A stretch of 24,801 nt of DNA from a virus (lineage: Duplodnaviria > Caudoviricetes): positions 1 through 24,801 of the IMG/VR virus record IMGVR_UViG_3300030005_000010. The stretch is one strand, 5' to 3'. The position numbers and the translations under genes are program-made. The first letter of the stretch is position 1; each line of letters opens with the position of its first letter. The notes under the pieces were generated by a model. That model was not told where the DNA came from and did not search any database. It saw nothing but the letters and a program-made list of their open reading frames with translations. Of the stretch, positions 14,923 through 23,406 are shown in pieces.

Positions 14923-16440
14923 TTACGCGGCGGCCTGAACAGGATACTGTAGACGGAATTGATTGAGCACAGCGAAAACCCTTAGCTGATTCACGTAATC
15001 TGGAGGGAATAGCACATTGACGCGATTGGGATTAAGCCCATCACGTTCGACAATCAGATAGGTATTAAACGCTTCTTTATTCTCAACAATACCTAACATC
15101 ATCAGTGTATCGTAAGCCGCCAACAGCTCGCCGCGAATCACTGATGGCGTGACAATGGCGTTGCCTGGTCCAAAACGGGTGCCGTCATTGGCCAGTTTGT
15201 GGCGTGCGTATTTCTGCGTGATGGCGTAGCGCAGATAGCGCAACACGTAGGCCGCTGTATGCAAGGTTTCCGAATCCAGATAACTGGGATCGGCCTGTGC
15301 AAAGGTGTTTTTCTGATAAGTCGTGATGGCCCGCTCAATCTGGATCACGCCGGATACGATAAAGCTGGTGGCGATGCCGTAGTTAAGCAGGACATTGCGT
15401 TCAGACCAGATAAACTTTTTCCCCGCCCGTGGAGCCATCAAGCCGGTGAGTTCACCGGTTTGCGTGGGTCGTGCCGGATCGGCGGCGATATAAACCGCAT
15501 TGCGTGCGCCGTAAGCCGCTGCGTATTCCCAACAGGGATGCTGGCAATCAAGATCGATGGCGGCAATGGTATGGTGCGGATCGTTACGCAAACCACCGGC
15601 GGTGCTGAGTGCGCCTAATGCGCCGCGTAAAGCTGAATAACAATGCCCGTAAACTTGCCGAGACCACGACCAGCGTCCGGAAGAATCGCCATATTCAGTG
15701 GCGAATACATCCAGGCTGCCGCTGTCGGTGAAAGGATGAATAACAAAGTCGTAGGCGTCATCGCCCATGGCCGTAATCGCGCCGGTCAGTGTCGGGTTAG
15801 TTGCGCCTGTTGTAAGGAAATTACTGCCTGTATAGGTCAGCGCCACGCCAGTGGGCAGCGCTTCACCGCCTGCACTGCCCCGATAGGAATCCAGCACGGC
15901 AATATCGTTGCCGGTCGCCCCTTTCCAACGGCAGGTGAGCGTTACGACAGCGCTTGCCACGGTTGACGTGACCGGCAAATCCAGCGCCGCGTTGATGGCG
16001 GCGTTAATGTTGGTCGCGATGGCGGTAGCAATATCGGTACTGCCGACCGCGACTTGCACGCGTTGGCCGCCGATATAAAGATTGATCGTACCCGCCGCCG
16101 TGGCAGGACCGGTTACCGTGATCGTCCCGGTCGCCTGCACGCCGCCACCAGCATCAGCCACGGCCATGCACCAAAGCTCGCCGGTCGGATCGGACAGGCG
16201 GTAAATGGCATGCATACGGGCCAGCATGGAGCCTTGACCAAACAGGGCTATGGCCTGGCTGGTTTGCGAAACCAGATAAGGCACGTTGGCGACGGCAGTA
16301 CCGGCGGCCAGTTTTTGCCCGATCATCAAGGATCTCAACGACTGGGTGAAATAACCGGCTTGGCTATTGTCCATTTCCGCATAAAACAGCGGGACGCGAA
16401 CGCCGTTACCGGCGGGAATATAATTAAATGAGACGGCCAT
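14923..16440 (-). CDS. Contractile tail sheath protein, Mu gpL family
   Basis: VSFNxIP…RVPLFYAEMDNSQA, FGxGSMLARM, DPARPTQT, IERAITTYQKN, KYARHKLANDGT, PDYVNQLRVFA. Confidence 0.97.
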   Translation of the reverse strand: MAVSFNYIPAGNGVRVPLFYAEMDNSQAGYFTQSLRSLMIGQKLAAGTAVANVPYLVSQTSQAIALFGQGSMLARMHAIYRLSDPTGELWCMAVADAGGGVQATGTITVTGPATAAGTINLYIGGQRVQVAVGSTDIATAIATNINAAINAALDLPVTSTVASAVVTLTCRWKGATGNDIAVLDSYRGSAGGEALPTGVALTYTGSNFLTTGATNPTLTGAITAMGDDAYDFVIHPFTDSGSLDVFATEYGDSSGRWSWSRQVYGHCYSALRGALGALSTAGGLRNDPHHTIAAIDLDCQHPCWEYAAAYGARNAVYIAADPARPTQTGELTGLMAPRAGKKFIWSERNVLLNYGIATSFIVSGVIQIERAITTYQKNTFAQADPSYLDSETLHTAAYVLRYLRYAITQKYARHKLANDGTRFGPGNAIVTPSVIRGELLAAYDTLMMLGIVENKEAFNTYLIVERDGLNPNRVNVLFPPDYVNQLRVFAVLNQFRLQYPVQAAA

Positions 16441-16443
16441 AAC

Positions 16444-16626
16444 TTACCCCTTGTCCTTTTCCGCTTTAACCGGCGCATCGACCGGCGGCGTTGTTTCTAT
16501 TACGTCGCCATCTTCCAGACGGCGCAGCCAGTATTGATGTGGTTCGACGTTTCGCCCTTCGGGAGGCAAAATATCGTTGCGATCCGGATCAGTCACAAAC
16601 AGTCCGGAAGCGGGTTTTACAAACAT
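16444..16626 (-). CDS. DUF2635 / Mu gp38-like protein
   Basis: MFVKP..G..V.DP…LP.EGRNV…YWLRRLxDGDV, immediately before the sheath. Confidence 0.93.
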   Translation of the reverse strand: MFVKPASGLFVTDPDRNDILPPEGRNVEPHQYWLRRLEDGDVIETTPPVDAPVKAEKDKG

Positions 16627-16634
16627 GGTAACTC

Positions 16635-17228
16635 CTAGGGCAAAACGCCGGTGGGGGGTGATTTTACAATATGTTCTATGCGCCCGTCCGGGCCGGGGTA
16701 ATGCAAATTAGGGTCGGCGGCAGGATCGATGTCGTCAACGTTAATCGTTGCACCAACAAAATGCGGCAAGGCGGCCAGTTCAACGCCCTGCCAACCGTCT
16801 TCCGGGGCTATTTCCATGTACGCGCCAAAATCGAATTGATACCATAGGCGAGAGCGGTCCAAATCAAGCAGGTTGCCACCCTGGTATTCGACGCCGCGAT
16901 AGGTCACGGGGTCGGGTTGCCAGCCTATTAAGGCCTTCCAGAGCTCAGCCCGAATGCTGTCATGCGCAGAATTAATAGCTGCCTGACCGCGTTCATCCGG
17001 CGTGTTGCTGAGCGCTACGATGATGGCAAATGATTCGGTAATCGGCTGCCTGACATCGTTAAGACTCATCCGTTCGCCGGGGTTGTCGTCCAACGGGATC
17101 ACGTAGGCGGCCGGGACGGTCAGGTTGCCCGCTTCATCCAAACGCTTGAAACGCGCAGAACCGGCCACGCGCCCGCCGAAAGACGGGCAATACGTGCGCA
17201 GTTGAGCAATGACGAGGTTTAAATTCAC
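16635..17228 (-). CDS. Tail terminator / completion protein (Mu gp37-like position)
   Basis: IAQLRxxCPxFGGRVAG, PAAYVIPLDD, ELWKALxGW, LWYQFDF. Confidence 0.85.
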   Translation of the reverse strand: MNLNLVIAQLRTYCPSFGGRVAGSARFKRLDEAGNLTVPAAYVIPLDDNPGERMSLNDVRQPITESFAIIVALSNTPDERGQAAINSAHDSIRAELWKALIGWQPDPVTYRGVEYQGGNLLDLDRSRLWYQFDFGAYMEIAPEDGWQGVELAALPHFVGATINVDDIDPAADPNLHYPGPDGRIEHIVKSPPTGVLP

Positions 17229-17235
17229 AATTTAG

Positions 17236-17495
17236 TTATTCGCCATGACACACAAATTCTTTGTGGATATGTTCCCTTACTATTTTTATATTCATTTCTG
17301 CTTCTTCTAAAGTATCAAACCGTTTTGAATAAGTGCATAATATTTTGAATATAAAACAATCCTTAGATACCCATGAATTAAACAATCTACGGTATCTCCA
17401 ACCTTTACCCGTCTAGCTCTTGGCTTTATCCATTTTACGATTCCGGTTTGTGGATCGTAATTTATGTGTTCTCTTACTATTTCTTGCGTTAACAT
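17236..17495 (-). pseudogene. Internally deleted HNH-AP2 homing endonuclease
   Basis: N-terminus MLTQExVRExxxYDPQTG…GYLRI…YYA. In another frame, an AP2-type C-terminus RFDTLEEAE…REHIHKEFVCHGE*. The HNH core is absent. Confidence 0.8.
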
Positions 17496-17528
17496 TCTGA
17501 CACCTCATCAAAATACCTACTTTAAAAA

Positions 17529-17580
17529 TTGTGTCAGGAGGGTAGGTTTCCCTCTTTTCAGCCGCTAAACCTAGACACAA
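17529..17580 (-). ncRNA. c4-like (c4-2-type) three-way-junction phage RNA, copy 1
   Basis: TTGTGTC-TAGGTTTAGCGGCTGAAAA-GAGGG(AAACCTA)CCCTC-CT-GACACAA; a -10-like TATAAC lies 4 nt upstream. Confidence 0.65.
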
Positions 17581-17606
17581 AACTGTTATAACGTATTGAT
17601 TATACT

Positions 17607-19088
17607 CTAGTTATGGCTCACTGCCCATCCTGCTGCTACTAATGCAGCTTTCGCTGCAAGCCCTGTCGCTGATGGAGTTGCGTTAGTCCCGCCTGTCATA
17701 TTTAGAGTGCCGTTAATCAAACTTGGCGTATTCAATCTCGACTGATTAATAGACACCAGAATATTATCAACGGATGTTTGAGACAATGCACAGTTTCTAA
17801 AGGAATTTGTATAAACAGTAGCTTTAGCATTATCAAAAAAGTTAGGAGGGAATGTGGTCAATGAAGTATCCCCGTCCCATGATAAGTTAAAATTGGTAGC
17901 GGCTATCGTATTCAATAGCGGAAAGATAACTAAATTAATTAAAACTCTAAATGCTGATGTAAAGTTGGTAACTTTAGTGGTGTCAATACTTGGAAAAGTC
18001 GGTACAGGTAATTGATACCATGCAAGACTTAAATTTGTTGCGTTAGACGTGTTAATTTTTGGAAAATATTTTGCACTAAACCAGGGATAGGTTTGAAATG
18101 CGCTAGTAAAATTTGAGGTTGCCGCATAGCTAGTATCAAAAATCGTCGTCAATGTGCCATTAACCAAACCAGCACAAACAGAAGGCGTTAGATCACTCGG
18201 ATAATATGTCCAACTACTGATATTAATAATGCCCTGTTCACACAGTAAAATCGTCGTCGGCGTTGGAATATATTGATATTCAACAGGATTTACACCCGCT
18301 TGCGCATTGGGCAAATAGAGATATGCACTATTATCAATGTTTTTATTGTACCGAATGGCATACGTGCCTTCGCCCGTTAATAAGGGATTCCACACACCGA
18401 TATTACCAGGAGCCGATGAGTATTTTCCAGATGCTTTGATAACAAAAGTGCCTTGCTCGGCGTTGTACCAACTTAAACCTACACCTGTTAAACTGGCAAC
18501 ATCGGCCACACGAGGCGTATTGTTAGGAATATAACTAGACATAGTAGGACCAGCTTCAAACTGTCCATTAGTGTTAGTTCCAGAAAATGTCAGCGTTAAA
18601 GTCCCGGCTGTAGCTGGTACTGTTAATGAAACTCTATCCGTTGCGCCTGTTCCTGTTAGTGTTCCTGTCGCTGTTCCTGTTAAAACACATGTGCCTGTCC
18701 CCCACATTGAAACAGTATAGGGCTGTGCAGTCGTCGTTATATTCTGCGTTGCTGGTGTAGCGGGTGTTACCAGTAAATTAGTACGGGCTTCCTCCGCCAA
18801 CAAGGTAATTGGCAATGGTATTGCCGAGCCATCATTTAATATTGCGCTCCAATTATTCTGACCGATACGCCTTGCATTGTTAAAACGTGGTTCATTAGCC
18901 GCACACGTTGTTAATATCGGCAAATCGCCTGCTACGGCTGTGGGTGCATAAGCCATGCAGGTTGCGGTAATGTTACGCGCCCACGTTATGCGGGAATCAA
19001 TCTGTGGCGTGGTGGCATAATTTTGGTAAAAGCTGGGAATTGCAGCAGCTTTAGACGTAAATAATCGCCTTTCACGAAGCCGGAACAT
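17607..19088 (-). CDS. Accessory virion protein: head-spike/fibre-like N-terminal region plus C-terminal LRR-like surface repeats
   Basis: LLAEEARTNLL, QFEAG…SSYIP…RVAD, WYNAEQGTF; ~22-aa repeats FPxIxTxxxTNFxxAW; cap NCALSQTSVDNIL…GWAV. Confidence 0.72.
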   Translation of the reverse strand: MFRLRERRLFTSKAAAIPSFYQNYATTPQIDSRITWARNITATCMAYAPTAVAGDLPILTTCAANEPRFNNARRIGQNNWSAILNDGSAIPLPITLLAEEARTNLLVTPATPATQNITTTAQPYTVSMWGTGTCVLTGTATGTLTGTGATDRVSLTVPATAGTLTLTFSGTNTNGQFEAGPTMSSYIPNNTPRVADVASLTGVGLSWYNAEQGTFVIKASGKYSSAPGNIGVWNPLLTGEGTYAIRYNKNIDNSAYLYLPNAQAGVNPVEYQYIPTPTTILLCEQGIINISSWTYYPSDLTPSVCAGLVNGTLTTIFDTSYAATSNFTSAFQTYPWFSAKYFPKINTSNATNLSLAWYQLPVPTFPSIDTTKVTNFTSAFRVLINLVIFPLLNTIAATNFNLSWDGDTSLTTFPPNFFDNAKATVYTNSFRNCALSQTSVDNILVSINQSRLNTPSLINGTLNMTGGTNATPSATGLAAKAALVAAGWAVSHN

Positions 19089-19720
19089 TAGTTATTGTCC
19101 ATCACAGCCGTTATATTGAATTTTTGCCCAGATGCCGGGGTGAATCCGTCCAAGGCTTCATAAACGACAAACAGATCGCGTGATCCATTGGCCGCAGTAA
19201 CGGCTATTCGACAGTTTAAATCCAATGTCCGACTCATATCGGAATTGGTAGTATCGGCTGCTGTTATCATCGCGGGCATATCCCAATAACCCAGGCGCTT
19301 GTCTGAATCAGCGTAAAGTTCTTTATACGGCGCGTTATCTGCTGCTACTGTCGCGGTGTTGACATTGAAAATATGCAGTCTCAATCGTGGCGTAATTGAT
19401 TTTTTATCAGTGACCAGACGCAGTTTAACGATATAACCACTGCCGCTAGCCACCCTGAAAATATTGGCTAACTGCACGGGTGTTGTCGTTGTCGCGTTAT
19501 TGCTGACCACATCACCAGCCGTATAAGCCGTGGTGTCGGCTGGCCGTGTCATTTCGGCGGAAATCGTAAGCATATTGCCGCCGACTTCACCTATATGGGC
19601 CTCGCCCGACGCTAACGCGCCTGATGCTGATTTAGTTAACATGGCGTTAGTTGCCGCATCAACAAAAACGGGTATATCACCGCCGCCCACTGCGTTGGAT
19701 TGTCCACGTAATAAGCTCAT
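19088..19720 (-). CDS. Accessory virion protein, paralogue of the 12705-13682 C-terminal domain
   Basis: AGGA RBS; shared motifs as listed for 12705-13682; TAATG-coupled to the downstream gene. Confidence 0.78.
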   Translation of the reverse strand: MSLLRGQSNAVGGGDIPVFVDAATNAMLTKSASGALASGEAHIGEVGGNMLTISAEMTRPADTTAYTAGDVVSNNATTTTPVQLANIFRVASGSGYIVKLRLVTDKKSITPRLRLHIFNVNTATVAADNAPYKELYADSDKRLGYWDMPAMITAADTTNSDMSRTLDLNCRIAVTAANGSRDLFVVYEALDGFTPASGQKFNITAVMDNN

Positions 19721-19742
19721 CTTTTTTTCCTGCTTTGTAAGT

Positions 19743-20165
19743 CTAGCGCAATTGCGCTCTAAGTGAATTAGCCAGGGACGCTGAAATAGCCGCCCTGATT
19801 TCGGCCTGTTTGTTGTTCAAGGCGGCCTCCATAAAATCTTTACGGGGTTGCAAGCCGCGCCGGGTGCCGACGGCCAGATAAGCCGGATAAAAATCGTCGC
19901 CCATTTCCGCCGTTCTGTACGGCATAATCCGCACATAACCGCCGCCTGAACCTACCTTAATCTTGATTGCCCTGCTCATCGTGCCGGAATCATAGCCGGG
20001 GAAATCGCCGGCCGAGGATACCGCGCGGCTGGAAATCAAGCGCCTGGATTCCCTTCGCACGACAGCGCCGCTTTTGCGGATGGCCGCTTTAAGTTGGCGT
20101 TTGTCAAACAGCAACCGGTTAAAATGCGGTTCCAGGGTAATCCGGAGATTGAGCAAATCGGTCAC
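19743..20165 (-). CDS. HK97 gp10-like tail completion protein
   Basis: Basic protein with FDK..L..A.RK, PGYDSG.MSRAI, FYPAYL..G…PRKDFM; GTG at 20165 overlaps the upstream TGA. Confidence 0.8.
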   Translation of the reverse strand: MTDLLNLRITLEPHFNRLLFDKRQLKAAIRKSGAVVRRESRRLISSRAVSSAGDFPGYDSGTMSRAIKIKVGSGGGYVRIMPYRTAEMGDDFYPAYLAVGTRRGLQPRKDFMEAALNNKQAEIRAAISASLANSLRAQLR

Positions 20166-20533
20166 GTTATTGCCCCCAAATCCTTGCATTCAACCATCGT
20201 AAACATCTGCGCGTCGCTGCTATTCGTTGTCCGCACGACGCGAAAGCGCCGGTTGCCTTGTGAATAATCAATAACATGCTGGCCCGTTATTTCTTCCGTC
20301 CGGGTGCCTGGGCCATAGCGCAACCAGATACGGTGCGTGATGTCCTCACCGATTTGTTTCGCGCCATAATACGCTTCGCCCAGAACCGGCTGAATTTTTG
20401 CCCAACGGGTGATACCGGCATCAAAATTCTGGTCGATGCCAAAACCAATATTGGCGGTGTCCGTCCAGCGCCGAATGGTGACGCGGCGCACCAGTTCGCC
20501 GGTGTCCGGCCAGCGGGCGACAGCGGCTGTCAT
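20162..20533 (-). CDS. Head-tail adaptor / head closure protein (SPP1 gp16-like)
   Basis: GELxRRVTI, WAKIxP, ITHRIWLRY; synteny. Confidence 0.9.
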   Translation of the reverse strand: MTAAVARWPDTGELVRRVTIRRWTDTANIGFGIDQNFDAGITRWAKIQPVLGEAYYGAKQIGEDITHRIWLRYGPGTRTEEITGQHVIDYSQGNRRFRVVRTTNSSDAQMFTMVECKDLGAIT

Positions 20534-21411
20534 AGGATTACCATCCGGTAAGGATCAAGCAACCGGTCAACATAGGGGTTATTGGTGATCACGCCAGGCG
20601 TATTGATCAATTGACCTCTGTATGAATATCGGGTTTCAACCGCCATCAATAGCCAGGCTAATAGTCCGCCGGGTATTTCCCCGGCGCTGCCGTTGAAGCC
20701 GGTTTGCCCGACAAAATTAAGACCGGTTCCCACGTTGGTAATATCGATTACAGCGCCGCCGAATGTTGCAGCCAGTGTGTAAACGCCGGGACTGACAACA
20801 GACTGGATGAAGTAATCGGTCTTAATCGTTAATGGCGCTGGCAACGCGCCGCCGGAATTGCTAAGCCTGACGGTGTCGCCTACCAACAGCGTTTTCCAGC
20901 CGCTGATAGCAACGGTGTTTGACGTTGCATTGGCAACAAACGCCGCGACATAGCCCGCGTCGAAAGTCACGCGCACCGATCCTATTTGCGGCAAGGTAAT
21001 CGGCCAAATCTTGCCGAATACCGGCGTAATCCGGGGCGGATCGCACGTAAGGTCAACGGTGTAATCCGTGGTCGGCATCGTTTGCGTGCTGCCATCCATC
21101 GCGGTATATTCGATGCTGATAACCTGTATAAGCGGGCCAACCGGCATCTGAATGGCGTGCCGTGGAATGCCGAACGCTTTGCCCATGGGTACGCCCATCA
21201 AACTCGGGCCAGGGAATGCGTCAAGGATGTACTGATAACGCGCGGCCACTAATTGCCGCTGGGTTTCCATTTGCGCACTGGCCACCGCTTGCGGCAGATA
21301 GATAGTGGTAATCAGATTGTCGTCGTCGGTGATGTCCTGCCGCAAATGTTGACGTACATCGGCGATGTGCAAGGGCAGCGCAACCGGCGGCGTGAGTATT
21401 TTTAGCGGCAT
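20530..21411 (-). CDS. Head-tail connector (phiE125 gp8 / HK97 gp6-like) with an inserted ~80-aa domain
   Basis: PPxxxPLxxxDVRQHLR…DDxLI, ETxRQL, WP…VRVTFxAGY, [insert], IPxxLxxWLL…Y, VDRLLDPYR. Confidence 0.88.
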   Translation of the reverse strand: MPLKILTPPVALPLHIADVRQHLRQDITDDDNLITTIYLPQAVASAQMETQRQLVAARYQYILDAFPGPSLMGVPMGKAFGIPRHAIQMPVGPLIQVISIEYTAMDGSTQTMPTTDYTVDLTCDPPRITPVFGKIWPITLPQIGSVRVTFDAGYVAAFVANATSNTVAISGWKTLLVGDTVRLSNSGGALPAPLTIKTDYFIQSVVSPGVYTLAATFGGAVIDITNVGTGLNFVGQTGFNGSAGEIPGGLLAWLLMAVETRYSYRGQLINTPGVITNNPYVDRLLDPYRMVIL

Positions 21412-21414
21412 AAA

Positions 21415-21858
21415 TCAGACGACTTGAACGACAGCGGCTGGGTTAAGTGAAGATGCCGGTGCATAACGGGGCATGGCGACCAGTTCCGCCGATACCAGAC
21501 TGGCGGCAGCGGCAACAGTGACCGATAAACCAACATGGGTAAACCCGCCGTTGGTGTCCAGTTCCTGCGTGCGCACGTTGATAATCGCCTGTTTGCCGTC
21601 GCCGGTCGCTTTGACGATCTGGGTAATCGCTTTACCGGTAATGTCTTTCGCGCCGGTGCCGCTGGCATCTTGCGCCTGCTGTAGCTTGGCGTCAACCGTC
21701 GCCGCTGTGCCCAGCACGCCGGTATTGATGATCGCTGCAAGTTGGTGGTAGTTTTTAACAGGGACCCAGGCGGTAGCGGCCGAGCCGACGCCCTGACTGA
21801 TGGGGGCGATGTTGGCTACCATCACCAAGGATTCTGATATTTTTTGATTCGGAAACAT
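21415..21858 (-). CDS. Conserved protein downstream of the capsid gene, probable head decoration protein
   Basis: GGAG RBS; TVDAKLQQAQDASGTGAKDITGKAITQ…ELDTNGGF; position after the capsid gene. Confidence 0.65.
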   Translation of the reverse strand: MFPNQKISESLVMVANIAPISQGVGSAATAWVPVKNYHQLAAIINTGVLGTAATVDAKLQQAQDASGTGAKDITGKAITQIVKATGDGKQAIINVRTQELDTNGGFTHVGLSVTVAAAASLVSAELVAMPRYAPASSLNPAAVVQVV

Positions 21859-21891
21859 GCTTTACTCCTGAAATAAATAATTTCGGTTTTC

Positions 21892-21919
21892 GTAGAGACG
21901 CAATAGCTTGCGTCTCTAC
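21892..21919. repeat. GTAG-type REP palindrome, copy 5
   Basis: GTAGAGACGCAA-TAGC-TTGCGTCTCTAC, 5 nt after the capsid stop. Confidence 0.92.
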
Positions 21920-21924
21920 ATCGA

Positions 21925-23229
21925 TTAACGGGCTTCGAGCTGGATGAACGCAGACAGGGTTTTGCTGCCTTTCGCCTGCGTGACCGGCGCTGCAATTTTG
22001 GGTTGGGCGTCAACGCGGAAAGTGGCTCTGAACGCAGTGGCATCGGCATCGAAAGCAATATGAAGCGAGCTTGCGGTCTGGATGCCGCCCGCTTTGGTGA
22101 TTGAGCGAATATAGCTTGGATCGATAAGCGAAATATCCCCTTGCGATGAAAATGCCGGTGAATGTTGGCTGACCATAATCGGCCTGCCCATCAGGGTGCC
22201 GTAGGGATTGCCCTGAATGCCCTGATTGACCGGCAGGTAAATTGGATAATTACCAAGTGTCAAACCGAATAGCGAAGGCAAAGCATCCGGCGTGATCAGC
22301 CATTGAGAGCGGGGGAAACAACCGGGTATCAAGCGCGCTATCATGTTGAGAATGTTGGCTGTTGAAACCGTGCTGGCTGACTGGTTACCGTCCTTGGCTT
22401 GCATGACTGACGCGGCGCTTGAGAAACAACCCAATGGTTGACCGTTACCGGTGCCGAACAATAGCGATTCATTAGTTTTCCAGCGAATGGAATCTGCAAA
22501 TTTGCGGGGCAGGTACGTATTCATTGCGTTAATGTCGTCTATCATTTCATCTGATAGATACACTAAAGCCATCAGTTTTTGCAGGCGCAAAATCGAGGTG
22601 CCAAATTTCGGCTTGGTGGCTGTGGCTGCGGTAGCTTCCGCCTGCCAATAGGCGCGGACGCCATCAGTACCCCATGGAGTAGTCTCGTCTTTAGGGAAAA
22701 CCATGGAATTGCCGCTGATTTCGATGTTGTCGGTCAACGGTAACAGGGAATCTTCAGTCAGTGATAAGCTAAATATTTCTCTGCTAAATTCAGGGGGGGC
22801 TAAAAATCCACCGTCAGTGCCGGTTGATTCCCCGCCAAAAGTACTAGGGGCCGCTGCCACTAGTGACAGGCGTTCATCCATGGCATTACGACCGGCTGAA
22901 GACACTTTCACAACATGTAAGAACTCACCAAAGCTTTTAAAGCCCCGCTTTTCGTCCTTTTCCCGGTTGTCGCCCATGTCGATGACGCTGCTACCCGCGC
23001 TGAAACCAAGACTGGCTTCCTCTGCGAGCAATTCATTTTCACGATCGATGGCCGTGTTGATGGCGGTTATCTGATCGCGCAACGCTTCAAATTGGGTGCT
23101 TTCTTCGGCGGAAATATCGCGCGTTTCGCTTTCTGCCAAATCGGTCAACGCGCGGGCGGATGCGACCAAACCGGCTTTCTTTGCCTGGAGATCGCGCAAT
23201 TTTTTACTGGTACGCATAAGTTTACTCAC
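21925..23229 (-). CDS. Major capsid protein, HK97 fold
   Basis: Coiled-coil delta domain, DGGFLxPPEF, PKDETTPW, AYWxxE, GTGxGQPLG, GTLMGRPI, FDxDxTAFRxxFRVD. Confidence 0.96.
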   Translation of the reverse strand: MSKLMRTSKKLRDLQAKKAGLVASARALTDLAESETRDISAEESTQFEALRDQITAINTAIDRENELLAEEASLGFSAGSSVIDMGDNREKDEKRGFKSFGEFLHVVKVSSAGRNAMDERLSLVAAAPSTFGGESTGTDGGFLAPPEFSREIFSLSLTEDSLLPLTDNIEISGNSMVFPKDETTPWGTDGVRAYWQAEATAATATKPKFGTSILRLQKLMALVYLSDEMIDDINAMNTYLPRKFADSIRWKTNESLLFGTGNGQPLGCFSSAASVMQAKDGNQSASTVSTANILNMIARLIPGCFPRSQWLITPDALPSLFGLTLGNYPIYLPVNQGIQGNPYGTLMGRPIMVSQHSPAFSSQGDISLIDPSYIRSITKAGGIQTASSLHIAFDADATAFRATFRVDAQPKIAAPVTQAKGSKTLSAFIQLEAR

Positions 23230-23252
23230 TTTAAATGGGCCCTTAAGGGCAT

Positions 23253-23274
23253 AAAAAAGCCCGCGTTAGCGGGC
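23253..23274 (-). terminator. Intrinsic terminator-like hairpin upstream of the capsid gene
   Basis: GCCCGC-TAAC-GCGGGC-TTTTTT on the minus strand. Confidence 0.7.
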
Positions 23275-23406
23275 AGGTGGGAAGTCATCTTCATCTTTAA
23301 TTGCGTTTTTCTGATCTTCGTACATCAAAATTCTACCGATACCATGGAGCATCCAGATGACGGTGCCGCAAATCAATGCCGTAAAAATAACGGTTACTAC
23401 AATCAT
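23266..23406 (-). CDS. 46-aa single-TM protein (not in ORF track)
   Basis: MIVVTVIFTALICGTVIWMLHGIGRILMYEDQKNAIKDEDDFPPAR*; ATGA-coupled to the holin. Confidence 0.6.
   Translation of the reverse strand: MIVVTVIFTALICGTVIWMLHGIGRILMYEDQKNAIKDEDDFPPAR

Noticed and set aside
106-16440. eCIS/T6SS or a canonical R-type tailocin
   Set aside because: Intact capsid, protease and head-tail joining genes are present and the tail is Mu/SfV-type; no AAA ATPase or T6SS membrane genes.
10480-19720. Diversity-generating retroelement or invertible fibre cassette
   Set aside because: No reverse transcriptase, invertase, near-identical repeat pair differing at adenines, or inverted gene was seen. The paralogy is old and visible only at protein level.
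112-23074. Many 60-150-aa plus-strand and alternate-frame ORFs in the track
   Set aside because: Shadows of well-supported minus-strand genes; for example the VAP repeat at 14275-14523 is the antisense of the collagen repeat.
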